Source: an uncultured Gemmatimonadales bacterium (lineage in GTDB: Bacteria > Gemmatimonadota > Gemmatimonadetes > Longimicrobiales > RSA9). Taken from it: a DNA stretch of 64,000 nucleotides. Positions 27,375 through 38,064 of the stretch are shown piece by piece. The DNA lies in the NCBI GenBank assembly GCA_963816355.1, contig CAWFKH010000003.1:160001-224000 (forward strand), in the 5' to 3' direction. Numbering within the stretch: position 1 is the stretch's first letter; the number at the start of each line of letters is the position of its first letter. The notes beneath the pieces are model-generated. The model ran no database searches. It was not told the DNA's origin and worked only from the letters and a program-made list of their open reading frames with translations. Made by a program: the position numbers and the translations under genes.

Positions 27375-27989
27375 ATGTACGACTCCGAACTGCACCCCCG
27401 GCGCCCACAGCTCGGGCCGGCCCTGCGCGCGACGCTCGCCTGCCTGTCCGCGGCCGCGTTCCTCGCGGCGTGCGCTTCCTCCAGCCAGAGCGGCCTCGGC
27501 GAAGGCTCCTCGAGCGGAATGACCCGCGTCGAGACGAGCAACGGCGCCTACGACGTGCCGGTCGCTCGCGACCGCGTCGCGGCCGAGCGCACCCTCGACG
27601 CCGATCCCGACGCCGCGTGGGACGCGCTGCCCCGCGTCTACCGGTCGCTCGGCCTTGTCGGATTCGTCGTCGACTCGACCACTCACGTCTATGGCGTACC
27701 GCAGCCCGCCGTCGCGCCTCGCCGCATCGCCGGGCAGCGGATCAGCCGCTTCCTCGCCTGCGGCACCGGCATCACCGGCTCCGTCGCCGACGACTACGAG
27801 GTCCGCATCGTGCTCCTCACGCAGATCGACCCCGCTCAGCCGGGCGCGCGCGTCCGCACCCGGTTCGAAGGCATCGCCCACTCGCGCGGCGTCTCCGGCG
27901 CCAACATCGACTGCGGCAGCAACGGCAAACTCGAAGACATGATCGCCGACTCGCTGCAGGCGCGCGTCGGCGCGCCCACGCACCGCTAA
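27375..27989 (+). CDS. Hypothetical lipoprotein
   Basis: AGGA-type RBS; lipobox FLAAC; two further Cys (possible disulfide). Confidence 0.7.
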   Translation: MYDSELHPRRPQLGPALRATLACLSAAAFLAACASSSQSGLGEGSSSGMTRVETSNGAYDVPVARDRVAAERTLDADPDAAWDALPRVYRSLGLVGFVVDSTTHVYGVPQPAVAPRRIAGQRISRFLACGTGITGSVADDYEVRIVLLTQIDPAQPGARVRTRFEGIAHSRGVSGANIDCGSNGKLEDMIADSLQARVGAPTHR

Positions 27990-28008
27990 CCGTCCGCTGA
28001 CGGTCCGC

Positions 28009-28040
28009 CGCGGGGCCGGCCCGCCTAGCCCGGCCCCGCG
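28009..28040. terminator. 11-bp GC hairpin between convergent genes
   Basis: CGCGGGGCCGG-N10-CCGGCCCCGCG; no U-tract. Confidence 0.4.
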
Positions 28041-28061
28041 ACGCCGCTCGCTCCGGTTTCG

Positions 28062-29321
28062 TCAGCGACCGGCCGGCGCTGGGTGGCGCGACGCGCCGAG
28101 CCGCCACAAAGCGTCGATCGGCAACGCCTCGATGCGCGGTCCGAGCGCCCCGTGACGTTCCCCCGTGTGCAGGACGATCCCCCGCCGGAAACGCCGCCCC
28201 AGCCCGTCCGCGAGCGCGCGCAGATGGCGCGCGTCGCGAGCCCCCGCCGCGCTGCTCGCACGCACCTCCACGCCCACCACGTGCCCCGCCCGATCCGCCA
28301 GCACGAAGTCCACGGCCTGCCCCCCCGCCGTGCGAAGGTGGTGGATGCGCGGCTCCGTCCGGCTCCATGTCGCCTGCCGGTGCAGCTCCATGCCGACGAA
28401 GTTCTCCAGCAGCATGCCCGCGGCGAGCCGATCCGACCCCGCGCGAGCCTCGCCGATCTCCGCCAGCCGCGCCAGCAAGGATGTGTCCGTCAGCAACAAC
28501 TTCGGAGATTTCGCCAGGCGCCGTTGATGGATCGTCGACCACGCCGGTACCGCCTGCAACAGAAACGCCGCCTCCAGCAGCGCCAGGTGCCGCTTCACCG
28601 TCGACGCCGGTATTCCGCTCGCCCGCGACAGCGCCGCGAAGTTCAGCAGCGCGCCCGCGCTCCGTGCCACCACCGACAGCAGCCGCGTCACCTCTTCCGG
28701 CCGCGCCACCCGCGCCATCGCCGGGATCTCCGACTGCAGCACCTCCCCCAGCCGCGCCCCCAGCCGCTCCTCCCGCTCCTCCCGCCGTACCCCCAGTCCA
28801 CCCGGGTACGCCCCGGTGAGCGCGAGCCGTAGCAGCTCGCCCCGCCCGCTCGCCCTCCCCTCCAGCCCCGGCAGCGCCTTCTCCGCGAACACCGCGTCCA
28901 CGAACCCCTCCCGCACTCCGCGCCGCTCCCCCTGCGATACGCCCCACAACAGCAGCATCTCGACCAGCTCCGGCGGCAGCTCCGACGAGCCCGGCAACAG
29001 ATACGGATCCACCCCGCTCACCAGCAGAAAACGCCCCGGCCGCGGGTCCCGCCGCGCCGCCGCCACCACCGCCGCCACCAGCCCCGGCGCGTGATGCACG
29101 CCCTCCAGCCGCACCGCGCCGACCAGCCCCGCGACGAATTCCGCCGGCGCCGCCGCCGCCGCACGCGTCGCCGCGTCCGCCAGGCTCACGCGCCGCCACC
29201 CCGCCGAAACCGATTCCGCCAGCGCGCGCTTGCCCGCGCCGCGCGGACCCGCCAGCACGACGACCGGCCGCCGCCGCAGCGCCGCCTCGAGCCGCTCCTT
29301 CAGGTTGCGATCGATCTGCAT
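28062..29321 (-). CDS. AAA_14 + DUF4143 ATP-binding protein with degenerate motifs
   Basis: RPVVVLAGPRGAGK; GRFLL.SG; LTGAYP; RLAKSPKL...DT; ENFVGMEL; VDFVL...GVEVRAS. Confidence 0.85.
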   Translation of the reverse strand: MQIDRNLKERLEAALRRRPVVVLAGPRGAGKRALAESVSAGWRRVSLADAATRAAAAAPAEFVAGLVGAVRLEGVHHAPGLVAAVVAAARRDPRPGRFLLVSGVDPYLLPGSSELPPELVEMLLLWGVSQGERRGVREGFVDAVFAEKALPGLEGRASGRGELLRLALTGAYPGGLGVRREEREERLGARLGEVLQSEIPAMARVARPEEVTRLLSVVARSAGALLNFAALSRASGIPASTVKRHLALLEAAFLLQAVPAWSTIHQRRLAKSPKLLLTDTSLLARLAEIGEARAGSDRLAAGMLLENFVGMELHRQATWSRTEPRIHHLRTAGGQAVDFVLADRAGHVVGVEVRASSAAGARDARHLRALADGLGRRFRRGIVLHTGERHGALGPRIEALPIDALWRLGASRHPAPAGR

Positions 29322-29619
29322 GCCGCGCAGCATCGGGGGAATGTGGCGAAAAAGCAACCATCTCCCGGTCAATCCTCCGCCACACACCCTCTCCGCGCCA
29401 CCGCCCGCACACGACGCGCTCGGACGGGCGCCGCGGAGGCGGCCCGCCCAGCGCGCGCCGGCACCGGGGCGCCTCCGGGACGGGCGCCGGCACGGGGCGC
29501 CGCCGCCCCCCGCCCTGTCGCCGCGCGCGGCGGCGGGCGATCTTGCGGGCGCGGCGGAGGGCGGCCGCGGGGCGAGCAGAGAGAGGCCGGCACAGGCGGA
29601 CCGCCTGGAGGGAGCGACG

Positions 29620-30471
29620 ATGCTGGAACGGACGCAAGCGGTGCTGGACCGCTCGTCGAAGTGGATCGTGGTGGCGCTCAGTCTGGCGGTGACCGCGCTG
29701 GTGGCGGCGCTGGACCGGGCGACGGGCTCGGAGCTGAGCTTCTCGATCTTCTACCTGGTGCCGGTGGCGGCGGTGGCGTGGGTGGGTGGGCCGCGCGCCG
29801 GGATGTGGATGGCGGTGGTGGCCGCGGCCGCGTGGCTGACGGTGGATCTGAGCGCAGGGGGCTCCGACGTGCCCGTGCTGGTGCACGGCTGGAACGCGCT
29901 CGTGCGTCTGGGCGTCTTCATGGTGGTCGCGGCGACGCTGGGGCGGCTGCGGGAGGAGCTGCTACGGACGCGCCGGGTGCTGGCGGAGGATTGGCTGACG
30001 GGTCTGGCGAACGGGCGGGCGTTCTACGAAGCGCTGGGAGCGGAGGAGCCGGCGGCGCGGGGGGCGCTCACGGTGGGGCGGCTGGACATCGGGGATCTGG
30101 AGTACGTCAACGAGCGCTTCGGCCGGGTCGCGGGGGACCAGCTTCTCGTGGCCGTGGCCCGCACGGTGGTGGAGGCGGTGCCGGCGGGCGCGCTGGTGGG
30201 ACGGCTGAGCGGTGGGCAGTTCGCGCTGCGGCTGCGCGGGTCGGATGCGGCGGAAGCGAGGACGGTGATGGAGGCGGTTCAGGAGCGCCTTCGCGAGCGG
30301 GTGACGGCGCTGGACCGGCCGGTCACGATCGCGATCGCGGCGGCGTGGTGGCGGCGCCCGCCGTCGTCGTCCCAGGAGGTGCTGCGGCACGTCGACCGGC
30401 TGATGACGGGCGTGCGCGCGGAGAACCGGCGCAGTGCGCTCGTGTTCGACGAAGTCGCGCTCGAGCGCTGA
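29620..30471 (+). CDS. Membrane-bound GGDEF-like protein (degenerate SGGQF)
   Basis: Four TM segments (DUF4118-like, FSIFYLVPV); DWLTGLANGRAF; DI...VNERFG...GDQLL; GRLSGGQF. Confidence 0.8.
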   Translation: MLERTQAVLDRSSKWIVVALSLAVTALVAALDRATGSELSFSIFYLVPVAAVAWVGGPRAGMWMAVVAAAAWLTVDLSAGGSDVPVLVHGWNALVRLGVFMVVAATLGRLREELLRTRRVLAEDWLTGLANGRAFYEALGAEEPAARGALTVGRLDIGDLEYVNERFGRVAGDQLLVAVARTVVEAVPAGALVGRLSGGQFALRLRGSDAAEARTVMEAVQERLRERVTALDRPVTIAIAAAWWRRPPSSSQEVLRHVDRLMTGVRAENRRSALVFDEVALER

Positions 30472-30514
30472 GGCCGCCGCGGCCGCGTGCCGACGGCGGC
30501 TCGAGGGCGGCGGG

Positions 30515-31762
30515 TCACTGGTACTGGATGTAGAGGGGGATCGGCCGCAGGCGCAGGACCTGTTCGGGCGTGAGGAGCGGATCTCCCTTCCGGGTGTCGT
30601 TGTGGTAGAAGAGCTTGAAGCCGGTGAACTCGACCGGCTCGGAGACGATGTAGTCGTGGTAGCTGGCGCGTTTGAGCCAGGGCGCGCCCCAGCCGTCCAT
30701 GTCGATGACGATCTGGACGCGCGGGTCGAGGCGGATCTGCCGCGATCCGGTGAGCATGCGGCGGGTGAAGCGGTGGACGACGAGGACCTTCGGCGGCAGG
30801 TGGTACTCGTCCACGAGCTCCGCGAGCATGCGCGCGGCGTAGTTGACGTCCGCGGCGCTCATCGTGCCAATGCGTCGGCCGGGGGCGGTGCCGTCCTTCA
30901 TCGAGAATTCCGGGTCGATCGCGAGGTGGAAGCGCGGGCGGCGCAGGAATTCGCGCAGCCGCGGCAGCTCCTCCTGCAGGGTGCCGGTGCCGACCTGCAC
31001 GTCGAGGATGACGATCGCGTCGCGGCTCTCCGCCCAGCGCGCGACCTCCTCGATGAGGGAATCGCGCATCCGCGTGCGGTACTTCCCGGAGATTCCCGGC
31101 TCTCCCTGCGCGACGACGGCGATCAGCTGCAGCGCGGGCTGCACCGGCGTCGCCGGGTCCGCCTTCTCCCACCGCTCCACCTCGCGATCCAGCCGGCGCA
31201 GCATCTCCTCCGGCGCCACCTCGCCCAGGATCCCCATGCGCGTCGAGAGCGGGTTGCCGTAGTAGGCGACAATGCGCTTCGCGGGCAGGATCGACCCCGG
31301 CAGCACCTCCGGGAGCGACACCGGCCAGCCCATGCGACGCGCGTACTCCGGATCCTCGCCCTGTCGATAGCGTTGCGGCGCGGCCGGTGAAGCGGAGCTC
31401 GGCGCCTCAAAATCGGCGCGCGCCGGCCCGGACGACTTCGCCGCCGCCGGCTTCTTCGCGGCGGCCGCCGGCGCGGCAGCGCGGGAGGGTGGGGTCGTCG
31501 CGGGCGGCGGCGGCTCTGCCGCCGCGCCGTCCACCGCCGCGCGGCGGGTCTGCGCCGGCGGCTCGACGGACGGCTCCGCCGCCCCGACTTCGGCTGCGCC
31601 GGCGCGCGCCGCACCGTCGGCGGCTTCGATCGCCGGCTGCGGCGCGTCGCGGAAGCCGCAGGCGCAGAGGAGCGCGGCGGCGGCGACGCCCGGAAGGGAG
31701 AGCGAGCGGTGGCGGCCCGGCGTGCGGGCCGGGCGCGGCACGGATCGGAGAGCAGACTTCAT
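30515..31762 (-). CDS. Hypothetical lipoprotein with an Ala/Pro linker and a globular C-terminal domain
   Basis: LLCAC lipobox-like; RIVAYYGNPLS..MGILGE, LDVQVG, HLAIDPEF, DMDGWG, GFKLFY. The start codon is uncertain. Confidence 0.7.
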   Translation of the reverse strand: MKSALRSVPRPARTPGRHRSLSLPGVAAAALLCACGFRDAPQPAIEAADGAARAGAAEVGAAEPSVEPPAQTRRAAVDGAAAEPPPPATTPPSRAAAPAAAAKKPAAAKSSGPARADFEAPSSASPAAPQRYRQGEDPEYARRMGWPVSLPEVLPGSILPAKRIVAYYGNPLSTRMGILGEVAPEEMLRRLDREVERWEKADPATPVQPALQLIAVVAQGEPGISGKYRTRMRDSLIEEVARWAESRDAIVILDVQVGTGTLQEELPRLREFLRRPRFHLAIDPEFSMKDGTAPGRRIGTMSAADVNYAARMLAELVDEYHLPPKVLVVHRFTRRMLTGSRQIRLDPRVQIVIDMDGWGAPWLKRASYHDYIVSEPVEFTGFKLFYHNDTRKGDPLLTPEQVLRLRPIPLYIQYQ

Positions 31763-31920
31763 CGGGCGACTTCGGAGAGGAGCGGCAGCATGCGACGGCT
31801 GCCCCGGTGCGCGCCTCCGCGGCGCGCGAAGCATGGTGAGGCAAAGATAGCGGAAACCCGACGACGCCGCGATCGTAGGGATGTCCGGAGCCATCGATCG
31901 ACCCGAGCCTGAGAGGCAGC

Positions 31921-32418
31921 GTGAATGATTCGTACGATGCCGGACGCCGTCCGGAAGAAGCCGACGCCGAGGAAGGGGCTGGCGCGCGCTCGAAGGGCGC
32001 TCGCGCGAAGGAGATCCTGTCCGACCTCGAGCGCCGCATCGACGACGCCCTCGACGACGTCCGTCCGAAACTGCGTCGCGCACTGGACGAGATGGAGACG
32101 CGCGTCGATTCCGCGATGAAGGAGGTGCAGCCGCGCCTCGACGCCGCCGTGAAGGAGGCGCGCCCCCGCGTCGACCGATTCCTCGGCGACGTGCAGCCGC
32201 GTCTGGATTCCTTCCTCGAGCGCGTGCAGACCAAGATCGACGCGATCCGACGCGATCTCGAGGAGCGCGCGCGCCGCCGCGACGAGGCCGACGCCACCGG
32301 CGAGCCCGCCGCGCTGCCGGCCGCCGCCGCCGCCGCGCGCGACGTGGACGAGCCCCCCGCCGCCGGCGCCGCGGACGAGGACCCGCGCTCCGACACGACC
32401 GGCGCGGCCGACGTCTGA
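31921..32418 (+). CDS. Hypothetical protein with 11-residue amphipathic helical repeats
   Basis: GAGAGG then GTG; DDVRPKLRRAL/DEMETRVDSAM/KEVQPRLDAAV/KEARPRVDRFL/GDVQPRLDSFL. Confidence 0.7.
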   Translation: MNDSYDAGRRPEEADAEEGAGARSKGARAKEILSDLERRIDDALDDVRPKLRRALDEMETRVDSAMKEVQPRLDAAVKEARPRVDRFLGDVQPRLDSFLERVQTKIDAIRRDLEERARRRDEADATGEPAALPAAAAAARDVDEPPAAGAADEDPRSDTTGAADV

Positions 32419-32534
32419 CGCACCTCCGGACGCGGCGCCACCCGGCCCGCGTCCGGAGCTCACCCCGGCGCGCCGTCGCGTGCCGCCCGCCCGCCGGTTA
32501 TCATCCGGGTCGAAGCACCGATCCACGAGGCGGC

Positions 32535-33131
32535 ATGCGGCGAGGACCGAATGCGGAGCGGGACGAAGCGACGCGGGCGACACGATCGCGCCGCGCCCGC
32601 TCCCCGCGCTGGCTCACCTGGTCCAACCTCCTCACCACGGCGCGCCTCCTCCTCGCGCCGGTCTTCGTCTTCGCCCCCGGGGACGCCGCCCGCCTCGCCC
32701 TCCTCGTCCTCGCCACCGCCACCGAGTGGCTCGACGGATTCCTCGCCCGCCGCACGGGCCGCACCTCACGCGTCGGCGAGATCCTCGACCCGATCGCCGA
32801 CCGCGCCTTCGTCCTCACCGCCCTCCTCACCCTCCTCGCGCTCCACCGGCTCACCGCGGTCCAGCTCCTGCTGCTCCTCCTCCGCGATCTCTTCACCGCC
32901 GCCGGCGGCGCCGTCGTCCTCCTCGCCCGACTACCCGTTCGGCTGCGCTCCCGCTGGCCCGGAAAGATCGTCACCACCCTGCAGCTCGTCGCCCTCTTCG
33001 TGCTCGTCCTCGCGCCGGCGTGGTTCCCGCCGATCCTCTACCTCGTCGTCCCTCTCGGCGTCCTCGCCGTCGCCGACTACCTCCGCGCCGCCGCCCGCGC
33101 CCGCGAGGCTGCGCGCGCTCTCCCGCCGTGA
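32535..33131 (+). CDS. CDP-alcohol phosphatidyltransferase (PgsA-like)
   Basis: SNLLT.AR; TEWLDGFLARR...S.VGEILDPIADR; GKIVT.LQ. Confidence 0.85.
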   Translation: MRRGPNAERDEATRATRSRRARSPRWLTWSNLLTTARLLLAPVFVFAPGDAARLALLVLATATEWLDGFLARRTGRTSRVGEILDPIADRAFVLTALLTLLALHRLTAVQLLLLLLRDLFTAAGGAVVLLARLPVRLRSRWPGKIVTTLQLVALFVLVLAPAWFPPILYLVVPLGVLAVADYLRAAARAREAARALPP

Positions 33132-33338
33132 TCCGCGCGCCGGCCGGCCGCCACGCGCACGTCTCCCGCCGCCACGGCCGGCGCGCACGGGCGGGCGCCG
33201 GCTCGGAACTCGCGTCCACCGGCGAGGTGCGGGCGTCGGTCGCACCGCGGCCGGGTGGCGTGGTGTACACACCTTTTCGGGCGCACGGCGCTTTTTTACT
33301 GTACACTGCGCCGTGGTCGCCCCTCGTGATGCAGCGAA

Positions 33339-33357
33339 GCGCACCCGGATCGTGCGC
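33339..33357. promoter_or_regulatory. Inverted repeat GCGCAC-N7-GTGCGC (NtrC-box-like) upstream of glnA
   Basis: Perfect palindrome with NtrC-type GCAC-N7-GTGC geometry. Confidence 0.4.
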
Positions 33358-33373
33358 GGCGTTGCCGCGAGCA

Positions 33374-33402
33374 TTGACGGCGCGTGGACGCCGCGCTAGC
33401 TT
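33374..33402 (+). promoter_or_regulatory. Sigma70-type promoter of glnA
   Basis: TTGACG-17 nt-TAGCTT. Confidence 0.55.
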
Positions 33403-33498
33403 GGTCCGTCCGACGACGCAACACCGCGTCGGCCGGGCGCACGGCGGCACGACCGGGAGCGGCGAGCCGTCCCCACCTGAGCCCGGGACCAGAGACCG

Positions 33499-35712
33499 AT
33501 GCGCGTTCGCACCACCCGATTCGATGCGCTCACGGCGGCGAAGAGCTGGCCGGCGGCGTCCGGGAGTCCGGAAGCCGGAGCGAAGCCTCACGACGGCAAC
33601 GGCAGGGCGCCGATGGACATCGAGAAAATCTTCGGCGAGAACACGTTCTCGCTGGCGGAGATGCAGGCACGGCTGCCGAAGCAGGCGTTCCAGGCGCTGC
33701 AGTCGACGATCGAGGGGGGGACGGAGCTGGACGCGAGCGTGGCGGATGCGGTGGCGCTGGCGATGAAGGAGTGGGCGACGGAGCGGGGCGCGACGCACTT
33801 CACGCACTGGTTCCAGCCGCTGACGGGGCTGACGGCGGAGAAGCACGACTCGTTCATCACGCCGAACGTGGGGGGCGGGGCGACGGCGTCGTTCAGCGGC
33901 AAGGACCTGATCCAGGGTGAGCCGGATGCGTCTTCGTTCCCGTCGGGGGGGCTGCGCGCGACGTTCGAAGCGCGCGGCTACACGGCGTGGGATCCGACGT
34001 CGCCGGCGTTCATCGTGGACAGCCCGTCGGGGCCGTACCTGGCGATTCCGACGGCGTTCGCGTCGTGGACGGGGGACGCGCTGGACCAGAAGACGCCGCT
34101 GCTGCGCTCGATGCACGCGCTGGACCGGGAGGCTCGGCGGGCGCTGAAGCTGTTCGGTCACGCGGACGAGCCGGTGGTGGCTACGCTGGGTCCGGAGCAG
34201 GAGTATTTCCTGATCGACCAGGAGTTCTACTACCGGCGTTCGGACCTGGTGACGACGGGGCGCACGTTGTTCGGCGCGAAGCCGCCGCGGGGCCAGGAGC
34301 TGGAGGACCACTACTTCGGCTCGATCCCGGAGCGCGTGCTGGCGTTCATGATGGAGGTGGAGCGGGAGCTCTACAAGCTGGGCGTGCCGGTGAAGACGCG
34401 GCACAACGAGGTCGCGCCGGGGCAGTACGAGATGGCGCCGATCTACGAGAACGCGAACGTCGCGGCGGACCATCAGCAGCTGATGATGCTGGTGCTGCGC
34501 AAGACGGCGCCGAAGTACGGTCTGGTCGCGCTGCTGCACGAGAAGCCGTTCGCGGGCGTGAACGGCAGCGGCAAGCACCTGAACTGGTCGTTCGGCACCG
34601 GGACGCAGAACCTGCTGGAGCCGGGCGACGACCCGCACGACAACCTGCAGTTCCTCTTCTTCTGCACGGCGGTGCTGCGGGCGGTCGAGCGTCACCAGGA
34701 CTTGGTGCGGGCGAGCGTCGCCTACGCCGGCAACGATCACCGGCTCGGCGCGAACGAGGCGCCGCCGGCGATTATCTCGGCGTTCGTCGGGGAGCAGCTC
34801 GAGGACATCTTCGCGCAGATCGAGGAGAGCGGCTCGGCGAAGGCGAGCAAGCAGGGCGGCCTTCTCGGCCTCGGCTCGCCGGTGCTGCCGAAGCTGCCCG
34901 CGCACGCGGGGGACCGCAACCGCACCTCGCCCTTCGCCTTCACGGGGAACAAGTTCGAGTTCCGCGCGCTGGGCGCGTCGCAGTCGATCTCGTTCCCGGC
35001 GATCGTGCTGAACACGATCGTGGCGGAATCGATCGACGAGCTGGCGGGCGAGCTCGAGGCGGCGATGGAGGCGGGCGCCGGCCTGGAGGACGCGATGCGC
35101 TCGCTGCTCGCGCGCGAGATCCCGCGCATCAAGCGCATCATCTTCAACGGCGACAACTACACCGAGGAGTGGCAGCGGGAGGCGGAGCGCCGCGGCCTGC
35201 TCAACCTGCGCAACTCGCTGGACGCGATCGGCCTGCTCACGGCCGACAAGAACGTGTCCCTCTTCGAGCGCTACAAGGTGCTCACGCGGCGCGAGATGGA
35301 GTCGCGCGAGGAGATCGCCGTCGACCAGTACTTCAAGACGATCAACATCGAGGGCGAGACGACCGCCGACATCGCGCGCACGACGGTGCTCCCCGCCGCG
35401 ATCCGGTACATGAACGACCTCCTCGCCGCCGCCGACCGCGCGCGCGGCGTGGGCGTGGGCGCGCAGGGGATCTCCAGGACCGTCAGCGAGCTGAACGGCC
35501 TGATCGACGATCTGCGCGCCGCCCTGGAGCGGCTCATCGAGCAGAACGCCGAGCTGGGCGGCGACGACGTGCACTCCAAGGCGCACCACATGCGCGACCA
35601 CATCGTGCCCGCGATGCAGGAAGTGCGCAGCGCCGCCGATGCGCTCGAGAAGGTGGTCCCCGACGACCTGTGGCCGCTGCCGCGCTACCGGGAGATGCTG
35701 TTCGTGAAGTAG
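33499..35712 (+). CDS. glnA: Glutamine synthetase type III
   Basis: [78 protein letters not shown]. Confidence 0.97.
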   Translation: MRVRTTRFDALTAAKSWPAASGSPEAGAKPHDGNGRAPMDIEKIFGENTFSLAEMQARLPKQAFQALQSTIEGGTELDASVADAVALAMKEWATERGATHFTHWFQPLTGLTAEKHDSFITPNVGGGATASFSGKDLIQGEPDASSFPSGGLRATFEARGYTAWDPTSPAFIVDSPSGPYLAIPTAFASWTGDALDQKTPLLRSMHALDREARRALKLFGHADEPVVATLGPEQEYFLIDQEFYYRRSDLVTTGRTLFGAKPPRGQELEDHYFGSIPERVLAFMMEVERELYKLGVPVKTRHNEVAPGQYEMAPIYENANVAADHQQLMMLVLRKTAPKYGLVALLHEKPFAGVNGSGKHLNWSFGTGTQNLLEPGDDPHDNLQFLFFCTAVLRAVERHQDLVRASVAYAGNDHRLGANEAPPAIISAFVGEQLEDIFAQIEESGSAKASKQGGLLGLGSPVLPKLPAHAGDRNRTSPFAFTGNKFEFRALGASQSISFPAIVLNTIVAESIDELAGELEAAMEAGAGLEDAMRSLLAREIPRIKRIIFNGDNYTEEWQREAERRGLLNLRNSLDAIGLLTADKNVSLFERYKVLTRREMESREEIAVDQYFKTINIEGETTADIARTTVLPAAIRYMNDLLAAADRARGVGVGAQGISRTVSELNGLIDDLRAALERLIEQNAELGGDDVHSKAHHMRDHIVPAMQEVRSAADALEKVVPDDLWPLPRYREMLFVK

Positions 35713-35731
35713 AGGGGCGGGAACGCCGTCC

Positions 35732-36955
35732 GTGCGCCACTCCTTCCCGAAGTCGCGCATCCGGGTCCTGCTGCTCGAGAACATCCACGCGTCGGGCGTG
35801 CGGGCGTTCGAGGCGGAGACGTTCCGCGTCGAGGCGTTGGCGGGCGCGCTCGATCCCGCCGCGCTGGCGGAGCGCATCGCAGGCGTGCACGTGCTCGGCA
35901 TCCGGTCGAAGACGCGCGTAACGCGCGACGTGCTGGAGGCGGGCACGCGGCTGCTCAGCGTGGGCGCCTTCTGCATCGGCACGAACCAGATCGACCTGGA
36001 TGCGGCGGCGGACGCGGGCGTGCCGGTCTTCAACGCGCCGTTCTCGAACACGCGCTCCGTGGCGGAGCTGGTCGTGAGCCACTGCATCGCGCTGGTGCGC
36101 GGCGTGCCGGAGAAGAGCCGCGCGGCGCACGAGGGGCGGTGGCTGAAGTCGGCGGAGTCGAGCCACGAGGTGCGCGGCAAGACGCTCGGCATCGTCGGCT
36201 ACGGGCACATCGGCTCGCAGGTGTCGGTGCTCGCCGAAGCGCTGGGCATGCGCGTCGTCTACCATGACATCGTGGACCGGCTCGCGCTCGGCAACGCGGC
36301 GCCGCTGCCGACGCTGGACGCGCTGCTGGAGGCCGCCGACGTCGTCACGCTGCACGTGCCCGGCACCCCCGCCACGCGGGGCATGATCGACGCCGAGGCG
36401 CTCTCGCGGATGCGCGACGGGGCGTACCTGATCAACTGCGCGCGGGGCGACGTCGTCGACGTCGAAGCCCTCGCGGAGTCGCTGCGCTCCGGCCGCCTCG
36501 GCGGCGCCGCCGTGGACGTCTTTCCGCGCGAGCCGCGCGGGGCGGAGGAGCGATTCGAGTCGCCGTTGCAGGGGCTGCCCAACGTGGTCCTGACGCCCCA
36601 CATCGGCGGCTCGACGATCGAGGCGCAGGAGGCGATCGGGCGCGAGGTGTCGCAGAAGCTGATCAAGTTCGTGAACAACGGCTCGACGACGTCGGCGGTG
36701 AACGTCCCGGAGGTGGAGCTGCCGATCCACGCGGGGATGCACCGCATCCTGCACTTCCACCGCAACGTGCCGGGCGTGTTGCAGCGTGTGAACGCGCTCT
36801 TTGGCGAGCACGGCGTGAACGTGCTCGGGCAGTACCTGATGACGGACGCGCGGCTCGGTTACCTCGTCATGGACGTCTCGGCCGAGGTGGACCGTGGCAT
36901 GCTCGACGCGTTGAACCGCATCCCGAGTACCGTGCGCTCGCGCATCCTCTACTGA
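35732..36955 (+). CDS. serA: D-3-phosphoglycerate dehydrogenase
   Basis: [51 protein letters not shown]-terminal ACT domain. Confidence 0.95.
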   Translation: MRHSFPKSRIRVLLLENIHASGVRAFEAETFRVEALAGALDPAALAERIAGVHVLGIRSKTRVTRDVLEAGTRLLSVGAFCIGTNQIDLDAAADAGVPVFNAPFSNTRSVAELVVSHCIALVRGVPEKSRAAHEGRWLKSAESSHEVRGKTLGIVGYGHIGSQVSVLAEALGMRVVYHDIVDRLALGNAAPLPTLDALLEAADVVTLHVPGTPATRGMIDAEALSRMRDGAYLINCARGDVVDVEALAESLRSGRLGGAAVDVFPREPRGAEERFESPLQGLPNVVLTPHIGGSTIEAQEAIGREVSQKLIKFVNNGSTTSAVNVPEVELPIHAGMHRILHFHRNVPGVLQRVNALFGEHGVNVLGQYLMTDARLGYLVMDVSAEVDRGMLDALNRIPSTVRSRILY

Positions 36956-37017
36956 TGCCGCACCGGCGGCGGCCGCTCGAGCGCACGCCGCCGCCGCGAC
37001 TTCCACGGGAGGACCCA

Positions 37018-37227
37018 TTGGCAGACCACGTCTACAAGCACATCGAGCTCACCGGCTCCTCCGCGGAGGGGATCGAGCCCGCCATCCGCAACGCGATCCA
37101 TCGCGCCGGCGACACCGTGCGCAACATGCGCTGGTTCGAGGTCGTCGACGTGCGCGGCCACGTCGAGTCGAAGGACGTCGTGCACTGGCAGGTCACGATC
37201 AAGGTGGGCTTCACCCTGGACGGCTGA
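37018..37227 (+). CDS. Dodecin (flavin-binding)
   Basis: GGAGG then [16 protein letters not shown]...RWFEV...RGHV...[12 protein letters not shown]. Confidence 0.92.
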   Translation: MADHVYKHIELTGSSAEGIEPAIRNAIHRAGDTVRNMRWFEVVDVRGHVESKDVVHWQVTIKVGFTLDG

Positions 37228-37286
37228 GCCGCCGTCGGCCGCTCGAGCGGGCGGCGGCGCGGAGCCGCGGCCGCGGGCAGCCGGCG

Positions 37287-37302
37287 GGGCATGCTCATTG
37301 CA
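37287..37302 (+). promoter_or_regulatory. Candidate sigma54 promoter of the mrp-like operon
   Basis: GGGCATG-CTCA-TTGCA with correct spacing. Confidence 0.55.
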
Positions 37303-37315
37303 CGGCGCGCCGCTG

Positions 37316-37816
37316 ATGACGACGCGCGCAGCAGTGAACGCGGTGGGCGGAACGGCCGCCCGCATCGGGGGGCTGACCTCGCTGTGGCTCCTCCTCGCCG
37401 CTCGCTTTGCCGCGGCCGAGGTCCTGGCCGGGGCCGCGGCGGCCGGCGCGGCTCTCGCGCTGACGGCGGCCGTCCGGGATGGTGATGCGCCGCGACGCGG
37501 TCCCGGGCGCGTGGCGCTCGGCGCGCTGGCGCGCCTGCCCTGGCGCACCCTGCGGGAGTCCGCCGCCGTCTTCCGCTTCGCGTGGCGGCGCGGCGTGCGC
37601 GGCCGCCGACTGCACGGCGGCTACCGCTCCGTCCCGTTCGACGACGGCGGTGCGGCGCCCGGCGCACCCGCCCGGCGCGTGCTCGGCACGCTCCTCGGCT
37701 CCTTCGCGCCGAACGGCTACGTGGTGGCTGCGGAGGGCGGCACGCGGCGCGCGCTGCTGCACCGCCTGGTGGGCGGGAGGCGACGCGCGCGTCCCGGCGA
37801 GGAATGGCCGCTGTGA
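37316..37816 (+). CDS. MrpE/MnhE-like subunit (divergent)
   Basis: LWLLL TM segment; S.APNGYVV...LLH.L; first gene of the operon. The start codon is uncertain. Confidence 0.6.
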   Translation: MTTRAAVNAVGGTAARIGGLTSLWLLLAARFAAAEVLAGAAAAGAALALTAAVRDGDAPRRGPGRVALGALARLPWRTLRESAAVFRFAWRRGVRGRRLHGGYRSVPFDDGGAAPGAPARRVLGTLLGSFAPNGYVVAAEGGTRRALLHRLVGGRRRARPGEEWPL

Positions 37817-38064
37817 CTCTCTGGATGGTGGTCGCGGCGGTGCTCACGGCCGCGCTCCTGCCGTGCGGCGTGGCGGTCGCGCGCGGCGGACTCGGCGCTC
37901 GCGTCGTCGCGCTGCAGCTCGCGGGCCTCGTCACGACGCTGGACCTCCTCGCGCTCGCCGAGGCGCTGGGACGCGCCGCCCTCTTCGACCTTCCGCTCAC
38001 GCTCGCGCTGCTCTCCTGGCCGAGCGGCCTCCTCTACGCCCACTTCTGCGCGCGGAGCCGCTGA
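37813..38064 (+). CDS. MrpF/MnhF subunit
   Basis: GTGA overlap; RG...RVVALQL...D.PL.LALLS. Confidence 0.75.
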   Translation: MTLWMVVAAVLTAALLPCGVAVARGGLGARVVALQLAGLVTTLDLLALAEALGRAALFDLPLTLALLSWPSGLLYAHFCARSR

